This document shows, piece by piece, positions 56,294 to 64,000 of a DNA stretch of 64,000 bases. A program made the translations under genes and the position numbers. The notes beneath the pieces are model-generated. The model did no database searches. It was not told the DNA's origin and saw only the letters and a list, made by a program, of their open reading frames with translations. Numbering within the stretch: the first letter of the stretch is position 1; each line of letters starts with the position of its first letter. The stretch lies in assembly GCA_963717505.1 (NCBI GenBank), contig OY970342.1, forward strand, positions 192,001-256,000, written 5' to 3'. This DNA comes from Candidatus Eiseniibacteriota bacterium (GTDB lineage: Bacteria > Eisenbacteria > RBG-16-71-46).

Positions 56294-58204
56294 ATGCCCC
56301 CAGACGCCGATCGACCGATGGCGGGGACCCCGCGGGCCGGCCGCCGGGTGCCGTTTGGCCTCGCCCTCGGCGCCATTGTCGCGCTCGCCCTGGCGCTGCG
56401 CGCCGGCTACCTGATCCAGGTCGTCTCGCTCCCGTTCTTCGACCATCCGGTGGGTGACAGTGCGGCCTACCTAGCTCGCGCCGCCGAGATCGGCGACGGG
56501 CGCTGGCTGCCGGAACGCCCCTTCTTCTACGGCAGCATCTACTACCCCTACTTGATCGCGCTGATCGACTCGGTGACACGACACGCGGTCCTCGTGGTTT
56601 GCGTCCTTCAGATCCTCGCGGGTGCGACGCTGGTCGGGCTGGTCGGACTGCTGGCGCGCCGGTGGTTCGGCGACGCCGTGGCGCTCGCGACCGCAGCACT
56701 CGCCGCCTTGTACGGGCCGTTCGCCTTCCTCGAGGCCGACTTGATCGGCGTCGTCTGGGGTTTGCTGGGCGTCGTGCTCGCCCTGTTGGGGTGCGAGCGC
56801 TGGGAGCGTCTCTCCTCGGAGGGAACCGTCCGCGCGCGCATGCTCCTCGCGGGGATCGGATTCGCGCTCGGGCTCGTGGCGCTCGAACGCCCGAATCTGC
56901 TGGTGCTGGTTCCGGTCGTCGCGGGATGGTGTTTCTGGGTGGCGCGCGCGCGGCCGCGAACCGTGTGGACGGCGGCGGTGCCGATCTTCATGGTTCTCGT
57001 GGGCGCCGCGCTTCCGGTTCTTGCCGTCGGAGCCCTGAACCTGGCGGGGACCGGGCGCTGGATTCCGATGACGACCTCGACCGGGATCAATCTCGCAGTC
57101 GGATACCACGCACGCGCCACGGGCACCTTCGAAGAGCCGTGGACCACCAGTCAGCTCACCTCCAGAAACACCGACATCGAGCAGGCCAGCGTTCTGGTGG
57201 CGTCACGCGAGTCCGGCCGTGCGCTGACGCCGGAGGAAGCGTCGACCTACTGGGCACACCGGGCGATCGAATTCGTGCGGGCGGAGCCCGGGGCGGCCGC
57301 GGCGGTCACCGCCCGAAGAGCGCTGTTGCTCCTGAACGGTGTCGAGATTCCGAATCACCTGAACTTCGCGTTCATGCAACAGAAGGCCGGGGCGCTTCGG
57401 CTCATGCCCGTCGGCTTCTCCGTGCTGCTGGCACTCGCCGCCGCCGGGTCTGTTGCCGCCTGGCCCGACGGCCGCTCATGGCGTGGAGCCGCGCTCTTCG
57501 TGTGGGTGGCGGTGGCCGCCGGCGCGAGCCTGCTGCCGTTCTTCGTCGCGGATCGCTATCGGGCTCCGATCGTGCCGTCACTGCTGCCCCTGGCGGGCCT
57601 CGGGGCGATTGCCTTAGGCCAGCTCCTGACCCGGAGCGACCGGCGGCGTGAACCGCGTGTCGCCTTCGTTGTCGCGGCGGCGCTCGCGGGTCTGGTCGTC
57701 GCCGGCCTGCCGCTCTCGCGCCCGCAACCGGCACGCGACCACTGGCTGTTCGCCCAGGCGTACGAAGCGCGTGGCGACCACCGCCAGGCCGCCCGCGCCT
57801 ACGAAGCGGCGTTGAGTTCCGAGGGGGATCAGGCCGAGATCCTCAACAATCTCGGCGTCACCTACCGCAAGCTGGGCGCCGTGGCGCCCGCCGAGTCCGC
57901 GTTCCGGCGCGCGATCGCCGCGAGTCCGACCCTCGCCTATCCGCGCAAGAACTTGGGGCTACTGATGGTCTCGACGCATCGGTGGCAGGAGGCGTTGCCG
58001 CAGTTCGAGGCCGCTGCGGAGCGGGATCCGGGCGACTCGGAAACCTGGGCCATGATCGCGGGCCTGCTCGCCGAGCGGGGCGAGCATGTTCGAGCCGCGG
58101 CTGCGTTCCGGCAAGCGTGGCGTCTCGCGCCGGGGGATCGCAGGCTGGAGCGTCTCGCGAAGGACTATCCGTCGCTCACCGGGACGGCGCCCACTTCGCC
58201 GTAG
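56294..58204 (+). CDS. GT-C family 39-like glycosyltransferase with C-terminal TPRs
   Basis: LR..Y..GDSAAY, YPY, RPN, GINL..G, RYRAP, TPRs (NNLG..Y, KNLG). Confidence 0.8.
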   Translation: MPPDADRPMAGTPRAGRRVPFGLALGAIVALALALRAGYLIQVVSLPFFDHPVGDSAAYLARAAEIGDGRWLPERPFFYGSIYYPYLIALIDSVTRHAVLVVCVLQILAGATLVGLVGLLARRWFGDAVALATAALAALYGPFAFLEADLIGVVWGLLGVVLALLGCERWERLSSEGTVRARMLLAGIGFALGLVALERPNLLVLVPVVAGWCFWVARARPRTVWTAAVPIFMVLVGAALPVLAVGALNLAGTGRWIPMTTSTGINLAVGYHARATGTFEEPWTTSQLTSRNTDIEQASVLVASRESGRALTPEEASTYWAHRAIEFVRAEPGAAAAVTARRALLLLNGVEIPNHLNFAFMQQKAGALRLMPVGFSVLLALAAAGSVAAWPDGRSWRGAALFVWVAVAAGASLLPFFVADRYRAPIVPSLLPLAGLGAIALGQLLTRSDRRREPRVAFVVAAALAGLVVAGLPLSRPQPARDHWLFAQAYEARGDHRQAARAYEAALSSEGDQAEILNNLGVTYRKLGAVAPAESAFRRAIAASPTLAYPRKNLGLLMVSTHRWQEALPQFEAAAERDPGDSETWAMIAGLLAERGEHVRAAAAFRQAWRLAPGDRRLERLAKDYPSLTGTAPTSP

Positions 58205-59519
58205 CCGCGCGGATCCGGGCCGGATCGCCGGCTTCGGTCCACGCGAAGATCACGCGATCGCCGCTGCGTACCATGCGCGGAAATCCGCTCGCGCGCTTGG
58301 CCGAGGTGAAAGCGACCGTTACCGGGTCGCCCATCGTGCCGTCGGCGCCGATCTCGCGGACCAGAATGCGGGCGCCTCCCGACTCGGCCTGAATCCACGA
58401 GACCAATGCAGCGCCGTCGGGACGGATCACCGCGTCCACGCGGCCCAGCGTCCCCTTGCCCCCCGGCGTGTCGATCCGAACCGGCGGATCGAATCGGACG
58501 CCGCCGTCGCTCGATCGCGCCACGTACACGGCGGGATCGTCGTTGGCGCCGGTGTACCATGCCGCCACGACGCGCTCGCCGGCTGCATCCATCGCAGGGC
58601 CGTTCACCGGACAAGCCGCCATCTTCCAGCGCTCGTTGCCGATCGGCGAAGCCTCGCTCCATTTCAAGAAGGAGCGGGTCTCGCCCTCGGCATTGTTGCT
58701 CCCGAGTCTGCCCCTCATCAGCGACACGTCCCGGATCTCGTCGGCCTCGCGATCCCGGTAGGCGACGATCACGTCCACAGACGAGGTCGCGACCATGGCG
58801 GTCGGGCAGCAGTCGCACACCCGGCCGTCCAGTTCGGCCTCATTCCCCAACGCTCCGTCTCGATCGATCGTCGCGGTGCGCAGCGTCATCTCGGCGCCGT
58901 GGCCGTGGTCCGATTCGTGGCCGGCCTCCGCGATGGCGGACTTCCTGCCGTCGAGCCACACGGCGCGCACGTGGTCGCCCTCGGGCACGAGCGACACGAA
59001 GCCGTGCTCGGTCGCCGTCCGGTCGCGGTGCGGCGTGACGGGTGCGCTCCACGTCCGGCCGCCATTGAAGGACTGGGCGATGCGCACGTCGTAGCTGTAC
59101 GGACCGGCGCCGCTCTTCCACGGCCACGACAGCGCCAGGCGGCCATCGCCCATCGCGAGCAGGATCGGCGTGTCGGCCCAGTTCACGAAGAACGAGTCGC
59201 CGGCGGCTGCCGCGTTCGGCGTGCTCCAGCGCGATCCGTCGAGCTTCGAGACCTTGAGCACGTGCCCGCCCTCATGGCGCCGCTCGAACCAGCTCGCATA
59301 CACTGCGCCCGCGGAGTCGGCGGTGAGACAGGGTTCGCCGGCGTTCAACCAGGCAGGGAACGTCAGCGAACGAATTGGGCCGAGCGTTCCGGCGGCGGGT
59401 TTGGCCGCGAACGAAGGAGCCGCGAGGGCCGAGCCGACCGTAAGCACTGCAGCGGTGCACCACGCACGCACCAGGGCGGCAAGGGCCGCGCTCGCGTTGA
59501 CCCGGAAGCGCATACTCAA
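58176..59519 (-). CDS. Exported BNR/Asp-box (sialidase-like fold) protein
   Basis: FFVNWADTP, S.NGG.TWS, EHGFVS, WLDGR, VCDCC.T, W...ACPVNGP, SSDGG..F. TTGA overlap with the upstream gene; ATG 59513 is an alternative start. Confidence 0.8.
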   Translation of the reverse strand: MSMRFRVNASAALAALVRAWCTAAVLTVGSALAAPSFAAKPAAGTLGPIRSLTFPAWLNAGEPCLTADSAGAVYASWFERRHEGGHVLKVSKLDGSRWSTPNAAAAGDSFFVNWADTPILLAMGDGRLALSWPWKSGAGPYSYDVRIAQSFNGGRTWSAPVTPHRDRTATEHGFVSLVPEGDHVRAVWLDGRKSAIAEAGHESDHGHGAEMTLRTATIDRDGALGNEAELDGRVCDCCPTAMVATSSVDVIVAYRDREADEIRDVSLMRGRLGSNNAEGETRSFLKWSEASPIGNERWKMAACPVNGPAMDAAGERVVAAWYTGANDDPAVYVARSSDGGVRFDPPVRIDTPGGKGTLGRVDAVIRPDGAALVSWIQAESGGARILVREIGADGTMGDPVTVAFTSAKRASGFPRMVRSGDRVIFAWTEAGDPARIRAATAKWAPSR

Positions 59520-60181
59520 GGCAGGGAACCGATCAGCGCCTTGGCCTCGGTCGGCAGATTGGGCGCCTGATGATCGAATAGCAGTTGCCTGGGCGTCACC
59601 TTGGCGCCATAGAATTCATGATTGGATCGCTCGTCGGGCCCGATCCGGGCGCCCTCGAGCGAGACGCCGGCAAAGAGTCCCTTCGAGCTGGCGTACGAGT
59701 AGATCTCGGCATCGAGGTTGAGGTCGGTCGAGGCCTCCGCGCTGCGGCCCATCGGGCCGGCGGCCACGCTGGCGTTGCCGCCGAGCGTGAACTTGCTCTG
59801 GAGCAACGAACGCGCGCTGCGTTCAGTCATGAAGAACAGCACCAGGTCGCTCGACTCGCCTCCGATCTGGAAGCCGAAGCTGCCGCCCCCCATGGTGAAG
59901 AACGCGGGCGGGCTCCAACCGGTCGAATCGCGGCAGGTGACGATGCCGCGGCCAAAGCGTGCGCCTATGCCCATCGCGCCTTTGATCACGTCCGGGAAGA
60001 TTCCGATGCAGTCGCACTTCTCGAGCAGGGCCTGGGGCACTCCCTGATCGGGCGCCTCGATCAACTCGGTCAATACCTCGCGGCAGAGACCGACGCGATC
60101 TCCCTGGGCTTCGCCCGTCGCCGCGGCGATCTCGGCCGAACCCAGCAAGCTCAGAACGACGATCACGAAACGCATGCGCAT
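59516..60181 (-). CDS. Lipid-binding SYLF/Ysc84 domain protein
   Basis: WSPPAF..GGSFGFQIG, TLGGNASVAAGP.GR, SKGLFAGVSLEG, SD GGAGG. Confidence 0.92.
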   Translation of the reverse strand: MRMRFVIVVLSLLGSAEIAAATGEAQGDRVGLCREVLTELIEAPDQGVPQALLEKCDCIGIFPDVIKGAMGIGARFGRGIVTCRDSTGWSPPAFFTMGGGSFGFQIGGESSDLVLFFMTERSARSLLQSKFTLGGNASVAAGPMGRSAEASTDLNLDAEIYSYASSKGLFAGVSLEGARIGPDERSNHEFYGAKVTPRQLLFDHQAPNLPTEAKALIGSLP

Positions 60182-60195
60182 GGGTTCCTCCCTGA

Positions 60196-62370
<2,175 letters not shown>

Positions 62371-62397
62371 TGGGTTCGAAGCATTCACGGAGGTCTC

Positions 62398-64000
62398 GTG
62401 GCGCGCACCAATCCTGAGATCGCGCAGGTCTTCGCGCGGATCGCCACCGCCCTCGAGCTGGACGGCGCGAATCCGTTCCGCATTCGCGCGTATCAGGAGG
62501 CAGCCCGCCTGATCGAGAGCAATCCCGAGCCTATGGCGGCACTCGCCGGCGAAGAAGGTCGGCTGGAAGCGATCCGAGGCATCGGCAAGGACCTGGCGGG
62601 CAAGATCCGCGACGTGGTCACCACCGGCACCACGCCGTTGTTCGAGGAACTCAAGGACAAGTACCCCGAGGAGGTCCTGGACCTGACGCGTATCCAGGGC
62701 CTGGGGCCCAAGCGCGTGAAGCTGTTGTTCGACACGCTCGGCGTGCGCAGCCGCGCCGACCTCGAGGCCGCGGCCCGGGCCGGCAAGGTGCGCGAGCTGC
62801 CGCGCTTCGGCGAGACCGTCGAGCAGAACATCCTGAAAGCACTGGCGGCCGCCGCCGCACTCCCCGACGTCGGGCGCGTGCTGCTCGCCGGCGCGTGGGC
62901 GGCGGCACACGACCTGGCGGAACAGCTGCGCAAGGTGCGCGGCGTCGAGCAGGTCGAGATCGCCGGGTCGTTCCGGCGGCGGCGCGAAACCGTCGGTGAC
63001 CTCGACCTGCTGGTGAGCGGCGGCGACGTCGGCGCCGTGATGGAGGCGTTCACCGCGCACACCAGCGTCGCCTCGGTGCTCGGCCGCGGCGAAACCCGCT
63101 CGTCGGTGCGGCTCGCGAACGGCCTCCAGGTCGACGTCCGCGTCGTGCCGCCGGCCGCGTTCGGCGCGGCCCTCCTCTACTTCACCGGCAGCAAGGCGCA
63201 CAACATCGAGCTGCGCAAGCTGGCGATCGAGAACGGCTGGTCGCTCAGCGAGTACGGGCTGACCAAGGGCGACAAGGTGCTGGCCGCGCGCACCGAGGAA
63301 GAGGTTTACGCCAAGCTCGGCCTGGCGTGGATTCCGCCCGAGATGCGCGAGGCGATCGGCGAGATCGAGCTGGCGCGCGCCGGCAAGCTGCCGCGCCTGA
63401 TCGAGCAGGACGATCTGGTGGCCGACCTGCACATGCACACCGATCGCACCGACGGCCGGGAACCGCTCGAGGTCATGGTGCGCGCTGCGCGCGACCGCGG
63501 CTACGAGTACGTGGCGATCACAGAGCACTCGAAGTCGCTGGCGATGACCTTCGGCTTCGACGGCGCGCGCGTCCGCAAGTCGATCGACGAGATCGCCAAA
63601 GTGCGCAAGCAGGTGCCGGGGATCCACGTCCTGCACGGACTCGAGGTCGACATCCTGGCCGACGGCGAGCTGGACCTGGACGACGAATCGCTGGCGCTGC
63701 TCGATTGGGTGCTGGTCGCCATCCACGGCCACACGCAACAGAGCCCGGCCCAGGCCACCGAGCGCGTGCTGCGCGCGATCTCGAACCCGTACGTGCACGC
63801 CATGGCGCACCCGACCGCGCGCAAGATCGGCCAGCGTGAACCGGTGCCGTTCGACCAGGAACGTGTGTTCGATCGCGCCGCCGAGCTGGGCGTGGCGATG
63901 GAGATCAACGGCCAGCCCGACCGCACCGACCTCTCGGACGTCCATGCGCGCCGTGCGCGCGAGAAAGGTGTGCGCTTCGTGATCGATACCGACGCGCACA
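62398..64000 (+). CDS. polX: DNA polymerase X / PHP 3'-5' exonuclease, 3' partial (absent from the ORF track)
   Basis: SD GGAGG plus GTG 62398, translated by eye: NPFRIRAY, GIGK, GLGPK, AGSFRRRRETVGDLD, YFTGSK.HN, DLHMHT, AHPTAR, EING, DTDAH. Confidence 0.93.
   Translation, partial: MARTNPEIAQVFARIATALELDGANPFRIRAYQEAARLIESNPEPMAALAGEEGRLEAIRGIGKDLAGKIRDVVTTGTTPLFEELKDKYPEEVLDLTRIQGLGPKRVKLLFDTLGVRSRADLEAAARAGKVRELPRFGETVEQNILKALAAAAALPDVGRVLLAGAWAAAHDLAEQLRKVRGVEQVEIAGSFRRRRETVGDLDLLVSGGDVGAVMEAFTAHTSVASVLGRGETRSSVRLANGLQVDVRVVPPAAFGAALLYFTGSKAHNIELRKLAIENGWSLSEYGLTKGDKVLAARTEEEVYAKLGLAWIPPEMREAIGEIELARAGKLPRLIEQDDLVADLHMHTDRTDGREPLEVMVRAARDRGYEYVAITEHSKSLAMTFGFDGARVRKSIDEIAKVRKQVPGIHVLHGLEVDILADGELDLDDESLALLDWVLVAIHGHTQQSPAQATERVLRAISNPYVHAMAHPTARKIGQREPVPFDQERVFDRAAELGVAMEINGQPDRTDLSDVHARRAREKGVRFVIDTDAH

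Overview
High-GC bacterial chromosome window with about 45 genes and no rRNA, tRNA, CRISPR array or mobile element that I can recognise. The many secreted proteins ending in a FlgD-Ig/T9SS-like domain or a short WG-motif tail suggest an FCB-related candidate lineage such as Ca. Eisenbacteria (inference). Nine genes, including fabI, carry small indels that look like uncorrected long-read errors. Ordinary content: a cobalamin riboswitch-btuB operon, udgB, a KimA-like transporter, fabI, MATE, czcCBA, glpDK, two sigma54-driven type IV pilins, amrB, ligA and a partial polX. The main candidate for an undescribed system spans about 22.9-36.2 kb. It comprises a tiny secreted precursor with two identical copies of a signal-like segment plus KLASNHNRTLL (only synonymous differences between copies), a DUF5916 outer-membrane protein, an exported TPR-CHAT (caspase-like) protease, a secreted beta-propeller, and a TPR / ECF sigma / membrane Ser-Thr kinase operon. 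Two sequence signals tie these together. The ECF-type promoter GTTCG-N16-CGTAGG precedes all three transcription units, and an RG[LV]GGVE motif occurs both in the CHAT protease and in the extracytoplasmic tail of the kinase.
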